Of a DNA stretch of 64,000 bases, positions 7,979 through 17,628 are shown piece after piece. The stretch lies in assembly GCA_045546315.1 (NCBI GenBank), contig JAZQCN010000059.1, positions 136,510-200,509 on the forward strand, written 5' to 3'. Position 1 is the first letter of the stretch. Each line of letters starts with the position of its first letter. A program made the translations under genes and the position numbers. Origin of the DNA: Clostridia bacterium (GTDB taxonomy: Bacteria > Bacillota > Clostridia > UBA1381 > UMGS1253). Under the pieces are notes generated by a model. It was not told the origin of the DNA and searched no databases. It worked only from the letters and a program-made list of their open reading frames with translations.

Positions 7979-9646
7979 ATGAAAACAGATATTGAAATCG
8001 CACAAAGCGTGCAAATGCAGCACATCCGCGATATTGCCGCAGTGGCAGGCGTCGAGGACAAGTATCTCGAGCAGTACGGCAACTACAAGGCAAAGGTGGA
8101 TTTGTCTTTGTTGAAAGCGTGCCCGAAAAAGGACGGCAAGCTCGTTTTGGTAACTGCCATTTCTCCGACGCCGGCAGGTGAGGGTAAAACCACAACCACC
8201 ATCGGCCTGGCAGACGGCTTAAAGAAAATCGGCAAAAATGTTATGGTTGCTCTGCGTGAGCCTTCGCTCGGCCCGGTCTTCGGCGTGAAGGGCGGTGCTG
8301 CAGGCGGCGGTTATGCACAGGTTGTACCGATGGAGGACATTAACCTCCACTTCACCGGCGATTTTCACGCCATCGGTGCTGCAAACAATCTGCTTGCCGC
8401 TATGCTGGACAACCACATTTACCAGGGCAATGCTTTAAATATTGACCCGCGCCGCATCACCTGGAAGCGCTGCGTGGATATGAACGACCGTCAGCTCCGC
8501 TTTGTAACCGACGGTCTCGGCGGCCGCGTCAACGGTGTACCGCGTGAGGACGGCTATGACATTACGGTTGCCTCCGAAATTATGGCGGTGCTCTGCCTGG
8601 CAAGCTCGATTACCGACTTAAAGGAAAGACTTTCCCGCATTATCGTCGGCTATACCTACGATGAACAGCCGGTAACCGCAGGTCAGCTCAACGCCGCAGG
8701 CGCAATGTGCGCACTGTTGAAGGATGCACTCAAGCCGAATCTTGTACAGACGCTTGAGGGCACACCGGCATTCGTGCACGGCGGTCCGTTTGCAAATATT
8801 GCGCACGGCTGTAACTCCGTTATCGCAACGAAAATGGCAATGAAGCTTGGCGATTATGCCATCACGGAAGCAGGCTTCGGTGCAGATTTAGGTGCGCAGA
8901 AATTTTTAGATATCAAATGCCGCTTCGCAGGCTTAAAGCCGTCGGCGGTTGTGATTGTAGCAACCATTCGCGCGCTGAAGATGCACGGCGGTGTTGCAAA
9001 AACAGATTTGAACACAGAAAACCTCGTAGCGCTGGAGGCAGGCCTTCCGAACCTTCTGCGCCATGTATCCAACATCAAAAATGTATACAATCTGCCGGCA
9101 GTTGTTGCCGTAAACCGTTTCCCGACAGATACCGAAGCAGAAATTGAGCTTGTTATCGAAAAATGCAAGGCGCTCGGCGTAAATGTTGTGCTCTCCGAGG
9201 TATGGGCAAAGGGCGGCGAAGGCGGCATGGCGCTTGCAGAAGAGGTAGTTCGCCTCTGCGAGCAGGAAAGCAACTTCACCTTCTCCTATGCAGACGAGCT
9301 CTCGATTGAAGAAAAAATCGAAGCGATTGTAAAGCGCATTTACGGCGGCAACGGCGTAAACTTTACACCGGCAGCAAAGAAGGAAATTGCAAAGCTGACA
9401 CAGCTCGGCTTCAGCTCTATGCCGATTTGTATGGCAAAAACGCAGTACAGCTTCTCCGATGATATGACCAAGCTCGGTGCGCCGGAAAACTTCACCGTGA
9501 CCGTGCGTAATGTAAAGGTGTCTGCAGGCGCAGGCTTCATCGTAGCGCTGACCGGCGATATTATGACGATGCCGGGGCTGCCGAAGCTTCCGGCTGCAGA
9601 GCGCATTGATGTCGATGAAAACGGCGTCATCAGCGGACTGTTTTAA
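7979..9646 (+). CDS. fhs: formate--tetrahydrofolate ligase
   Basis: [10 protein letters not shown]-terminus, [16 protein letters not shown]-loop, and full-length family resemblance. Confidence 0.97.
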   Translation: MKTDIEIAQSVQMQHIRDIAAVAGVEDKYLEQYGNYKAKVDLSLLKACPKKDGKLVLVTAISPTPAGEGKTTTTIGLADGLKKIGKNVMVALREPSLGPVFGVKGGAAGGGYAQVVPMEDINLHFTGDFHAIGAANNLLAAMLDNHIYQGNALNIDPRRITWKRCVDMNDRQLRFVTDGLGGRVNGVPREDGYDITVASEIMAVLCLASSITDLKERLSRIIVGYTYDEQPVTAGQLNAAGAMCALLKDALKPNLVQTLEGTPAFVHGGPFANIAHGCNSVIATKMAMKLGDYAITEAGFGADLGAQKFLDIKCRFAGLKPSAVVIVATIRALKMHGGVAKTDLNTENLVALEAGLPNLLRHVSNIKNVYNLPAVVAVNRFPTDTEAEIELVIEKCKALGVNVVLSEVWAKGGEGGMALAEEVVRLCEQESNFTFSYADELSIEEKIEAIVKRIYGGNGVNFTPAAKKEIAKLTQLGFSSMPICMAKTQYSFSDDMTKLGAPENFTVTVRNVKVSAGAGFIVALTGDIMTMPGLPKLPAAERIDVDENGVISGLF

Positions 9647-9661
9647 AACTTATCAGCAAAT

Positions 9662-9699
9662 AAAAAACGCATTATCAGCAACGGATAATGCGTTTTTTT
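9662..9699. terminator. bidirectional rho-independent terminator (fhs / FAD oxidoreductase)
   Basis: aaaaaacgcattatc-agcaacg-gataatgcgttttttt. Confidence 0.8.
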
Positions 9700-9701
9700 A
9701 T

Positions 9702-10973
9702 TTAATCAATTACTGCGCCGTTTTCCTTCAGCTTTGCCTGCAGAGCCTTGATGTCTACCTTTTCCACATCAAAATCGCCGCTCTTTACAGCAATTGCCGC
9801 AGCTGTGCCCGCTGCTTCGCCTAAGCAGCAGCAAATCGGCATAATGCGGTATGACGCCTGCGCCTCATGGGTAGAAGAAATGCATCTGCCGGCAACGAGC
9901 AAATTCGTCATCTTGTTCGGCACAAGACTTCTGTAGGGGATAGTGTAGTACTCGCCCGGTTTAAAGTAATGGTGGCTCGTACCGCTGCCCTCCGGATTGT
10001 GGATATCAATATCATAATTGCAGGTTGCAATCGAATCCTCAAATCGCGTGCAGGCAAGCAGGTCCTCCTGCGTCAGCACATATTTGCCGATAATCATACG
10101 ACTCTCACGCACGCCGATTTGTGCCGCCGTGCTCATAATTGCCGCATTTTTAAACGATGCAAAGTTTTCTTTTAAAAAGTCAAACAGCTCAAACACCTGC
10201 TCACGCGCATCCAGCTCGGCAAGCGTAATATCCCGCCCATCCGTCGGGTTGCGCTTCACCACACGCGTAGAGTTAAAGTGGATAACGCCGTCAATGAGCG
10301 TGTAGAAGGTCAATACATCCTCGCGGATGTTTTTAATTCTGCCGTTTGCCTGCGCCTCTTTATAGACCGTATTCATTATCTGACGGTCCTTCTTAAACTG
10401 CTCCATATCCACATTTACTACGCGGAAGCACAGCGTCATCGGTTGGCAAAGATTGTCTGCCTCGCGTCCAAGTCTGTACGGACAACCGCTCATCACAGCG
10501 ATATCCGCATCGCCGGTACAGTCGATAAACACATCCGCCGCATAGGTCACATTGCCGGACTTGTTTACGACGGTAAGTGATTTGATTTTATCGCCGTCGG
10601 TTTCACAGCTGTGAATATAAGAATTAAACAAAATATCAATGTTTTCTTTTAAAACCATTCGGTTTAAAACCAGCTTTAAATATTCCTCGTGAAAACCCAA
10701 ATCCGTATCATTTACCGGTTTAGTTGCATTAAATTTCGCAAGCTCCGCATTGATTTCGGAAAAAATACCGGCTGCCAGAATTTTCTTTTGCTTCGTTTCC
10801 GGGCAGATTGTCCAATACAGCATATACGGATTTACAAGGCAGTTTGCCGCCGCACCGCCGAAGCTGTTGCCCTTGTCGATTATAAGCACCTTTGCGCCGC
10901 CGCGCGCCGCAGAAATTGCTGCTGCCGCACCTGCAAAGCCGCCACCGGCTACAATTACATCATATTTTGTCAT
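9702..10973 (-). CDS. FAD-dependent oxidoreductase (FAD_oxidored / GIDA-like fold)
   Basis: YDVIVAGGGFAGAAAAISAARGG dinucleotide-binding motif. Trimmed to ATG 10973. Confidence 0.8.
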   Translation of the reverse strand: MTKYDVIVAGGGFAGAAAAISAARGGAKVLIIDKGNSFGGAAANCLVNPYMLYWTICPETKQKKILAAGIFSEINAELAKFNATKPVNDTDLGFHEEYLKLVLNRMVLKENIDILFNSYIHSCETDGDKIKSLTVVNKSGNVTYAADVFIDCTGDADIAVMSGCPYRLGREADNLCQPMTLCFRVVNVDMEQFKKDRQIMNTVYKEAQANGRIKNIREDVLTFYTLIDGVIHFNSTRVVKRNPTDGRDITLAELDAREQVFELFDFLKENFASFKNAAIMSTAAQIGVRESRMIIGKYVLTQEDLLACTRFEDSIATCNYDIDIHNPEGSGTSHHYFKPGEYYTIPYRSLVPNKMTNLLVAGRCISSTHEAQASYRIMPICCCLGEAAGTAAAIAVKSGDFDVEKVDIKALQAKLKENGAVID

Positions 10974-11072
10974 ACAACCACTCCTTACGGCATTATTATA
11001 CCGCACCGCAAACCTATTGTCTTTAAATAAGCATACATAAAAATGAGTGATTTGTGCAAATTCTGCCACAAT

Positions 11073-11105
11073 AAAAAACCCTTTTCAACTCGAAAAGGGT
11101 TTTTT
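11073..11105 (-). terminator. terminator at the end of the BMC/DeoR transcription unit
   Basis: aaaaaaccctttt-caactcg-aaaagggtttttt. Confidence 0.75.
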
Positions 11106-11868
11106 AATCAACCGTGATTACCTCTACGCCTTCATCGGCCAGCTTACGCTCAAATTCTGCGCCGAGCGAGCCCTCCGAGATGATGTAGTCAATTTGCGAA
11201 AAGCGCGCCAAACGCTCAAATCCGACTCTGCCGTGCTTAGACTTGTCGCAAACATAGTACTTTGTACCGGCATTTTTAAGCATACACTGCTTTACGCCGT
11301 ATTCCTGCTCGTTGCTCTCCAGGATTCCGGCTATCTCTGAGATACCGCGGCTGGAGAAAAACATTTTATCTGCAAAATACTTTTCCGAAATTTCATTCTG
11401 TGCACCGATACCCACAAAGGATTGGTTGTTGCTCACCAAGCCGCCTACACCGATGACCTTTAAGTCCGGCAAACCCGCAAGCTCATTGATAATACGCAGG
11501 GAATTGGTTACAACCGTAATATTTTTAAGGTGTTTCAATTCCTTTGAAATGTAGAAGGTTGTGGTGGATGCATCTAAAAAGATTGTATCGCCCGGCAAAA
11601 TGTGCTTTGCTGCCTCTACAGCAAGACGCGCCTTTGCTTCGGTATTTAAATTCTTTCTTGTTTCCAGTGAATACTCGTAATTCGTACCGCTGATCGGCAC
11701 AGCGCCGCCGTGCGTACGCAAAAGCACTTCTTTCTTTTCAAGCTTTTCCAAATCGCGGCGCACCGTTTCCTCCGTCACGCCAAGCTCAGAAGCAAGCTGA
11801 CTTACGAACACGGAGCCGTTTGTCTTCAGCTTTTCAATGATTCTGTTTTGTCTTTCCAAGGCAAACAT
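11104..11868 (-). CDS. DeoR/GlpR family transcriptional regulator
   Basis: N-terminal HTH (VSQLASELGVTEETVRRDLEKLE) plus a DeoR-C sugar-phosphate-binding type C-terminus. Confidence 0.9.
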   Translation of the reverse strand: MFALERQNRIIEKLKTNGSVFVSQLASELGVTEETVRRDLEKLEKKEVLLRTHGGAVPISGTNYEYSLETRKNLNTEAKARLAVEAAKHILPGDTIFLDASTTTFYISKELKHLKNITVVTNSLRIINELAGLPDLKVIGVGGLVSNNQSFVGIGAQNEISEKYFADKMFFSSRGISEIAGILESNEQEYGVKQCMLKNAGTKYYVCDKSKHGRVGFERLARFSQIDYIISEGSLGAEFERKLADEGVEVITVD

Positions 11869-11904
11869 AAGTCAGCCTCCTTTCCGAAATATTTTTATAC
11901 GCTC

Positions 11905-12552
11905 TTATTTTTTATGCACAATACGCACCAAATTTCCGTTTTTCAATGCTGCGGAGTTTGCATCATCCGTATCAATATGCATTTCCACATTGAAGTCATC
12001 ACGAACACGCACCTGCACATCGTAAAACTTGGTCGGCTTTTCGCCTTCAACCATTACATCCACATAATCGCCGTCTGCAATGCCGTGACGCTCTGCATAG
12101 GACGGAGTGAGATGAATATGGCGGTTGGCAATAATTACGCCTTCCTTCAAGTAAATACTGCCCTTCGGACCGACAAGCACAAGACTTGCAGAGCCCTTGA
12201 TGTCACCGGACGGACGCACCGGCGGGCTTACTTTGAGCACGAAGGTATCCGTTCTCGAAATCTCCACCTGCGTATTTTTTCTGACCGGACCAAGCACGCG
12301 CACATTTTCAATCGCACGCAGCGACGGCCCGACTAAGGTTACAACCTCTTCGCAGGCAAATTCTCTGCCCATCAGCGTCTTTTTCTTTGTCAGCTCGTAG
12401 CCCTTGCCGAACAAAATCTCCATATCCTCCTGCGACAAATGGACATGGCGCTGCGAAACGCCGATTTTAATTTCTTCATTTTTATCTTTTTTGTATTCTG
12501 CCAAAATCTGACTTACGGCAGCTTCAATTTTTGCTACATCGATTTCTGCCAT
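11905..12552 (-). CDS. pduL: phosphate propanoyltransferase (PduL-type phosphotransacylase)
   Basis: Duplicated PduL motifs GVSQRHVHLS and NRHIHLT. The N-terminal amphipathic helix AEIDVAKIEAAVSQILAEY is encapsulation-peptide-like. Confidence 0.9.
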   Translation of the reverse strand: MAEIDVAKIEAAVSQILAEYKKDKNEEIKIGVSQRHVHLSQEDMEILFGKGYELTKKKTLMGREFACEEVVTLVGPSLRAIENVRVLGPVRKNTQVEISRTDTFVLKVSPPVRPSGDIKGSASLVLVGPKGSIYLKEGVIIANRHIHLTPSYAERHGIADGDYVDVMVEGEKPTKFYDVQVRVRDDFNVEMHIDTDDANSAALKNGNLVRIVHKK

Positions 12553-12555
12553 TGC

Positions 12556-13197
12556 TTATGCCTCCAAATCGAAGAATTTCAGTAATTCCTTGTGCGGTCT
12601 TGCAATACATTCGCAACCGAAAATCTCACCGAGTACGCTCGCCTGCGCCTTACCGCTTTCAATTGCGGCTCTCACAGCAGATACGCTGCCGGTAACAATC
12701 AAGGTTACCAGACGACCGCCGAGGCGCTTTTCCGTATGAATCAAGCGCACATCGCTTGTCTTCAGCATCGCGTCCAGTCCTTCAATCGAAGCAACCAACC
12801 CCTGCACCTCTAAGATACCCAGGCTGCCCTGATGACTGATTTCCGGTTCCGGCGCGCCGATTAAATTCTTCGGCAGCTTTTTATTATATTTATCCTTATT
12901 GATGTCCATGAGGTAGCCCATCTTTTCCGTATGCTCTGCCGGACGCGCAATAATGTGCGAAACAATGTACTTGTTCTGCGACTTTGCATAGTCCACACCG
13001 GCATCCAGTGCTGCGCGCACTGCTGCTACATCGCCCTCAAATTTCACAACCATAACCAACGGTGCGGGCACATCGGTGCGAATCGGACGGTTACGGTCGA
13101 ACGCAATCACCTTGACATCCGCTGTTTTTGCCACCAAATCGGCAACACAGAGCGCTGTTGTGAAGCTGTATACCTCAATCAATCCCAATGCTTTCAT
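12556..13197 (-). CDS. tandem BMC-domain shell protein (BMC-T)
   Basis: Two BMC domains start at MKALGLIEV and SLGILEVQGLVASIEGLDAML, joined by a Lys-rich linker. Confidence 0.85.
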   Translation of the reverse strand: MKALGLIEVYSFTTALCVADLVAKTADVKVIAFDRNRPIRTDVPAPLVMVVKFEGDVAAVRAALDAGVDYAKSQNKYIVSHIIARPAEHTEKMGYLMDINKDKYNKKLPKNLIGAPEPEISHQGSLGILEVQGLVASIEGLDAMLKTSDVRLIHTEKRLGGRLVTLIVTGSVSAVRAAIESGKAQASVLGEIFGCECIARPHKELLKFFDLEA

Positions 13198-13210
13198 AAC
13201 TCGTTACTCC

Positions 13211-14608
13211 TTAGATAATGTGGAAACTGTCCACAAGCACGCATCTTCTCTGTCTTGTGAAGGAATGTGCCGCTGTGAGACCTTCGCCCGTCGGGCCGGC
13301 AATCGTAAATGTGGTATAGCCCTCACCACCTGCACCAATGCCTGCATAGGACGGCGCGTTCTTAACGAAAATCGTTGTTTCAACTGCCTTTGCAAAATTG
13401 GAAAGGTTGTCGATATTCTTGGAATGAATATGTGCGCTGTGGCGGTTACCGTGCTCTGCCTGTACAGCGAGTGCAATCGCTTCTTCAATGTTGCTTACAC
13501 GCACAATTGCCAGAATCGGCATCATCATTTCTACCTGTACAAACGGATGACTTGCGTCTGTTTCACAAATGATGAGTCTTGCATCGGATTCAATGCCGAG
13601 CGCCTTTAAGAACTTGCCGGCATCCTTGCCAACCCATTTTTTATTGATATCGTACTTGCCGTCCTTTTCAACAAGTGCGATGCTCTTGAGCTTTTCTACC
13701 TGATCGCCGGTCAGGCGGTACGCACCGTTTTCAACCATATGACTCATCAGTCGGTCTGTAATATTATCAAATGCAAAGCATTCCTTTTCTGCAATACACG
13801 GCAGGTTGTTGTCAAAGCTTGCGCCTGCAACGATATCCTTCGCCGCCTTTTCAATGTCTGCAGTATCGTCAACGATAACCGGCGGGTTACCTGCACCTGC
13901 GCCGATTGCCTTTTTACCGGAGGAAAGCAGCATCTTTACAACGCCCGGGCCGCCGGTTGCTACGAGCATACGCACAATCGGGGATTTCACCATCTCATCA
14001 GAGGTTTCGCGTGTCGGTGCTGCAACCGATACAGCAACATTTTCCGGGCCGCCTGCCTCGAGTACAGCGCGGTTAATCAGATCTACTGCATAGTTTGCTG
14101 TACGGCAGGCATTCGGATGCGGATTAAATACAACCGCGTTACCGCCTGCAATCATACCCATACTGTTGCAGATAACCGTCTCACTCGGGTTGGTCGACGG
14201 TGTAATCGAGCCGATAACGCCGAACGGCGCCATCTCTACAAGCGTCATACCGCAGTCACCGGTGCGCACAGACGGAGATAAATCCTCCGTGCCCGGTGTT
14301 TTATCTGCCACGAGCATATGCTTGATGATTTTATCGCTCACTCTGCCCATACCGGTTTCTTCCACGCCGAGCTTTGCCATATTCTCTGCTTCCGCACGGG
14401 TGTACTCACGGATTTTTGCAATCATCTTCTCACGCTGCTCTACACTGTAGCCGCGCAGCTGCTTATATGCCGTATCTACCGCAGCCAAAGCTTCACTCAT
14501 CGTGTCGAACACGCCCTTTAAGCGCTTTTCCGATGCCGGAGCCGTGCTGCCCTGCATAGATTTAATTACATTTGCAACAATTTCGCTGATATACTTTTCG
14601 TTTTGCAT
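13211..14608 (-). CDS. pduP: CoA-acylating aldehyde dehydrogenase (PduP/EutE family)
   Basis: Aldehyde dehydrogenase fold with catalytic LPCIAEKE. The ATG at 14608 is preceded by GAGGTG (the track used GTG 14617). N-terminal helix KYISEIVANVIKSM is encapsulation-peptide-like. Confidence 0.9.
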   Translation of the reverse strand: MQNEKYISEIVANVIKSMQGSTAPASEKRLKGVFDTMSEALAAVDTAYKQLRGYSVEQREKMIAKIREYTRAEAENMAKLGVEETGMGRVSDKIIKHMLVADKTPGTEDLSPSVRTGDCGMTLVEMAPFGVIGSITPSTNPSETVICNSMGMIAGGNAVVFNPHPNACRTANYAVDLINRAVLEAGGPENVAVSVAAPTRETSDEMVKSPIVRMLVATGGPGVVKMLLSSGKKAIGAGAGNPPVIVDDTADIEKAAKDIVAGASFDNNLPCIAEKECFAFDNITDRLMSHMVENGAYRLTGDQVEKLKSIALVEKDGKYDINKKWVGKDAGKFLKALGIESDARLIICETDASHPFVQVEMMMPILAIVRVSNIEEAIALAVQAEHGNRHSAHIHSKNIDNLSNFAKAVETTIFVKNAPSYAGIGAGGEGYTTFTIAGPTGEGLTAAHSFTRQRRCVLVDSFHII

Positions 14609-14651
14609 ATTCTTCACCTCATAACAGAGTGTTAATTCACTTGATTTATGC

Positions 14652-14671
14652 GGGCGATTCTTGAATCGCCC
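14652..14671 (-). other. intra-operon stem-loop between the PduT-like and aldehyde dehydrogenase genes
   Basis: gggcgatt-cttg-aatcgccc: 8-bp stem with a tetraloop and no T-run after it on the coding strand. Confidence 0.5.
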
Positions 14672-14676
14672 CTACT

Positions 14677-15225
14677 TTAAAGGATGGATTTCCATAAGTC
14701 CTTATCCGGATTTGCAATCACGCGGCTGTCTAAGTAGAAGCCGTCGTCTGCGATTTGTGCCTTTGCTTGCTCGATGGCTGCCTGCACGGCTGCAACGCTG
14801 CCGGTCAGCATCATATACGATTTACCGCACATACCCTTTGCGATACGCAGCTCCAAAAGTTTAACAATCGCGGTTTTTGCCGCCAAATCCGCTGCAACAA
14901 TAATGGACGCTGCGGAGTAGGTTTCCAGAACGCCGAGTGCAGCAACCTCACCGGGGTCGGTTGCACCGTAGATTGCAGGGAAGATATCCTCGTGCGGATT
15001 GCCGAGCACGAAGCTGTCAATCAGCTTGCCCTCTGCAAAGCGTTCCGCACTGTCGACCGCTGCTCTGACGGCACTTAAATCGCCCTGAATCAAAACGATG
15101 TACTTGCCGGGGCAGACCGTCTGTGCCTCGATAATTTCCACCGCTGCGGTTTTAATCATCAAATCCGCGCCTGCAACACCGGCGGAAACTGTATTAAATT
15201 CTGCCATTCCGATTGCTTTACTCAT
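14677..15225 (-). CDS. pduT: PduT-like tandem BMC shell protein with Fe-S-cluster Cys
   Basis: 182 aa with two BMC domains and a TVCPGKY motif (the pore-cluster Cys position of PduT). ATGA overlap with the upstream gene. Confidence 0.85.
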   Translation of the reverse strand: MSKAIGMAEFNTVSAGVAGADLMIKTAAVEIIEAQTVCPGKYIVLIQGDLSAVRAAVDSAERFAEGKLIDSFVLGNPHEDIFPAIYGATDPGEVAALGVLETYSAASIIVAADLAAKTAIVKLLELRIAKGMCGKSYMMLTGSVAAVQAAIEQAKAQIADDGFYLDSRVIANPDKDLWKSIL

Positions 15226-16559
15226 TTCTTCGTTCCTTTCAATACGATTGCATCGTCCGTAATCTTCACAATCTCACCGTCCATCGGTGCGTGAATCGGG
15301 AGGGAGAGTGCATTTTCTGCCGCCGCGGCAATGACCTGACCGGCCTTGACGCTGTCACCCTTTTTCACAATCGCGACTGCCGGCTTACCGATGTTCTGTA
15401 AAAAGCTGATGCGCAGCTGTGCCGGCTTATATTCTGTAGTCTGTATCGGTGCATCCACATCGTATTTTTCAAGATTCAATCTTGCAATCAAACGACGCAT
15501 CGGCACCTTTCTATATTCTCGCTCCGGTTTTGCGGAGCCGTTGTTTTCAACGAGAGCAGGGCGGATACCGTTTTTAGCAAAGCCCATCTTCGCTTCACCG
15601 AGAAGCGAACGCGGATTCAAGCCCTGAATACACGAATACATTTCGCAAAGTCCGCACTGGGAGCAATACAGCGCGCCGAGCACTGCTTCGGTATTTTGTG
15701 CATCCCCGAAGCTGACCGCACGCATAAAATCGCTCGGTGCAATCGGATGCCCCAAAAGATTTCTCGGGCAAAGATCCGTACACCCTCTGCACTGACAGCA
15801 GGTGCTCATCGTGCGTGCAACGCTGACCTTGGTCTTTTGCATTCTTTTTTGGATAATATAGTGATTCTGCGGCATAATGAGAATGCCGTTTGTTGTTTTT
15901 GTCACCGTATCGGACGAATTTGCAATGTGTCCCGTCATCGGGCCGCCCGCAAAATATACCGCATCCTCCACGGTTGCACCGCCGCAAAGCTGCACAAGCT
16001 CGTCAAACCTTGTGCCGAGCGGTACACGATAGGTTGCCGGCTTTTTCACTTCTCCGGCGACGGTAACATACTTATGTGTTACGACTTTGTTTTCTTCTAA
16101 AGCCAGGTGCATATTCAGCACCGTTTCAACATTATATACAACGCAGCCGACTGCTGCCGGAATGCCGCCTGCCGGAACGATTCTCCCGGTCGCCTCGTAG
16201 ACAGTGATGACCTCATCGCCTGCAGGGTAGACCTCCTCTAACAGGCAAATCTGCCCGCGCGCATAATCCCGAAGCACCGCATTTGCCGCGTCCACCGTTT
16301 TTTTATACGCACCCTTCACGGCTACGATAAAGCGCTCTGCCTTTAATGCCGTACAAATGGTATCTAAGGTTGCAATGATTTCATCTGCGTGCTGCTCCAA
16401 AAGCTGACGATGCAGCTTAAAAAGCGGCTCACACTCGGCACAGTTTAAAATCACCGTGTCGATATTTTCGCCAAGCTTTGCATAAGCAGGGAAGCCCGCA
16501 CCGCCGCAACCGGCAATACCGTTTTTTTGTAAAATTGTCTTAAGGCTTGTTATTTCCAT
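15222..16559 (-). CDS. pduS: PduS/RnfC-like flavin and 2x[4Fe-4S] electron-transfer protein
   Basis: GCGGAGFPAYAKL nucleotide/FMN motif. Cys clusters CCQCRGCTDLCP and CSQCGLCEMYSC. C-terminal barrel-sandwich-like segment. Confidence 0.8.
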   Translation of the reverse strand: MEITSLKTILQKNGIAGCGGAGFPAYAKLGENIDTVILNCAECEPLFKLHRQLLEQHADEIIATLDTICTALKAERFIVAVKGAYKKTVDAANAVLRDYARGQICLLEEVYPAGDEVITVYEATGRIVPAGGIPAAVGCVVYNVETVLNMHLALEENKVVTHKYVTVAGEVKKPATYRVPLGTRFDELVQLCGGATVEDAVYFAGGPMTGHIANSSDTVTKTTNGILIMPQNHYIIQKRMQKTKVSVARTMSTCCQCRGCTDLCPRNLLGHPIAPSDFMRAVSFGDAQNTEAVLGALYCSQCGLCEMYSCIQGLNPRSLLGEAKMGFAKNGIRPALVENNGSAKPEREYRKVPMRRLIARLNLEKYDVDAPIQTTEYKPAQLRISFLQNIGKPAVAIVKKGDSVKAGQVIAAAAENALSLPIHAPMDGEIVKITDDAIVLKGTKK

Positions 16560-16565
16560 TCTTTA

Positions 16566-16823
16566 TCAGAGCTCCGAGCAATCGTCTACAATACCTACAA
16601 TCGCAGCATCAATCGGGGCACCTTCTGCTCCGCCGACGCGCGCTGCGCTACCAAGTGCAACCAACACAATTTCACCGATGCCTGCACCGATGTTGTCCGT
16701 TGCAACCAGATTTCCCGCCACCTTCATGCTTTTCAGCGGCTCAACAATCATAAATTTATTGCCGACTAAATTTTCATCCTTTCGCGTGGATACCACGCTG
16801 CCGATAACTTTACCGATAATCAT
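16566..16823 (-). CDS. pduN: BMC vertex pentamer protein (EutN/CcmL/PduN, BMC-P)
   Basis: 85 aa, MIIGKVIGSVVSTRKDENLVGNKFMIVEP. Confidence 0.9.
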   Translation of the reverse strand: MIIGKVIGSVVSTRKDENLVGNKFMIVEPLKSMKVAGNLVATDNIGAGIGEIVLVALGSAARVGGAEGAPIDAAIVGIVDDCSEL

Positions 16824-16850
16824 AACTGTTCTCCTTTAAAGACCTAAGCT

Positions 16851-16876
16851 GTGCCCGCCGCCTGCGCGGCGGACAC
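16851..16876 (-). other. GC-rich intra-operon stem-loop between the BMC-H and BMC-P genes
   Basis: gtgcccgccgc-ctgc-gcggcggacac: 11-bp stem with one mismatch and no adjacent T-run on the coding strand. Confidence 0.5.
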
Positions 16877-16916
16877 AAATACTTATGTAGTCTTTGACCC
16901 TTTGAGTAAAATACTC

Positions 16917-17294
16917 TTATTTCATGCTCGGAAGGATTTTCTCAACGTCGCCGTGCGGTCTCGGAATTACATGCGTAGCAACGATTTCGCCGAGTCTCTG
17001 TGCAGATGTGCGACCAGCTTCAACAGCTGCCTTAACAGCACCAACATCGCCGCGAACCATTACGCTTACGAGACCGGAACCGATCTTCTCAGTACCAACA
17101 AGTACAACGTTTGCAGCCTTCAGCATTGCGTCTGCTGCTTCGATTGCAGCAACCAGGCCTCTGGTTTCTACCATACCTAATGCTTCTAATGCCATGTTCT
17201 TTTCCTCCTTCTTGATTTCTGGTTTTTCAACCGCTTTATTTTCTACTGCACTTTTTTTAGGTGCAGAAGATTTTGTGGTTTTTGCTGTAGCCAT
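16917..17294 (-). CDS. pduA: BMC-H hexamer shell protein (PduA/EutM type) with 33-aa Lys-rich N-terminal extension
   Basis: Core [33 protein letters not shown] 17294 has AAGGAGGT 7 nt upstream. The internal ATG 17195 also has GAAGGAGG 8 nt upstream. Confidence 0.85.
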   Translation of the reverse strand: MATAKTTKSSAPKKSAVENKAVEKPEIKKEEKNMALEALGMVETRGLVAAIEAADAMLKAANVVLVGTEKIGSGLVSVMVRGDVGAVKAAVEAGRTSAQRLGEIVATHVIPRPHGDVEKILPSMK

Positions 17295-17310
17295 TTTCTT
17301 ACCTCCTTAA

Positions 17311-17586
17311 TTAGAGGACAGGGAGAATTTTCTCAACATCGCCGTGCGGTCTCGGAATTACATGAACCGCTACGAGCTCGCCGAGTCTCTGTGCGCTTGC
17401 AGCGCCGGCTTCTGTTGCTGCCTTAACAGCGCCAACATCACCGCGAACCATTACACTTACAAGACCGGAACCGATCTTCTCTGTGCCGATTAAAACAACC
17501 TCAGCTGCTTTTACCATTGCGTCTGCTGCTTCAACTGCTGCAGTCAAGCCTCTTGTTTCAATCATACCAAGTGCTTCTAATGCCAT
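17311..17586 (-). CDS. pduA: BMC-H hexamer shell protein (PduA/EutM type)
   Basis: [33 protein letters not shown] 17586 lies 9 nt after AGGAGG (the track used TTG 17595). Confidence 0.9.
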   Translation of the reverse strand: MALEALGMIETRGLTAAVEAADAMVKAAEVVLIGTEKIGSGLVSVMVRGDVGAVKAATEAGAASAQRLGELVAVHVIPRPHGDVEKILPVL

Positions 17587-17628
17587 TTTAAACAACCTCC
17601 TGTTTTGTAATTATAATAATTTTAAAAA

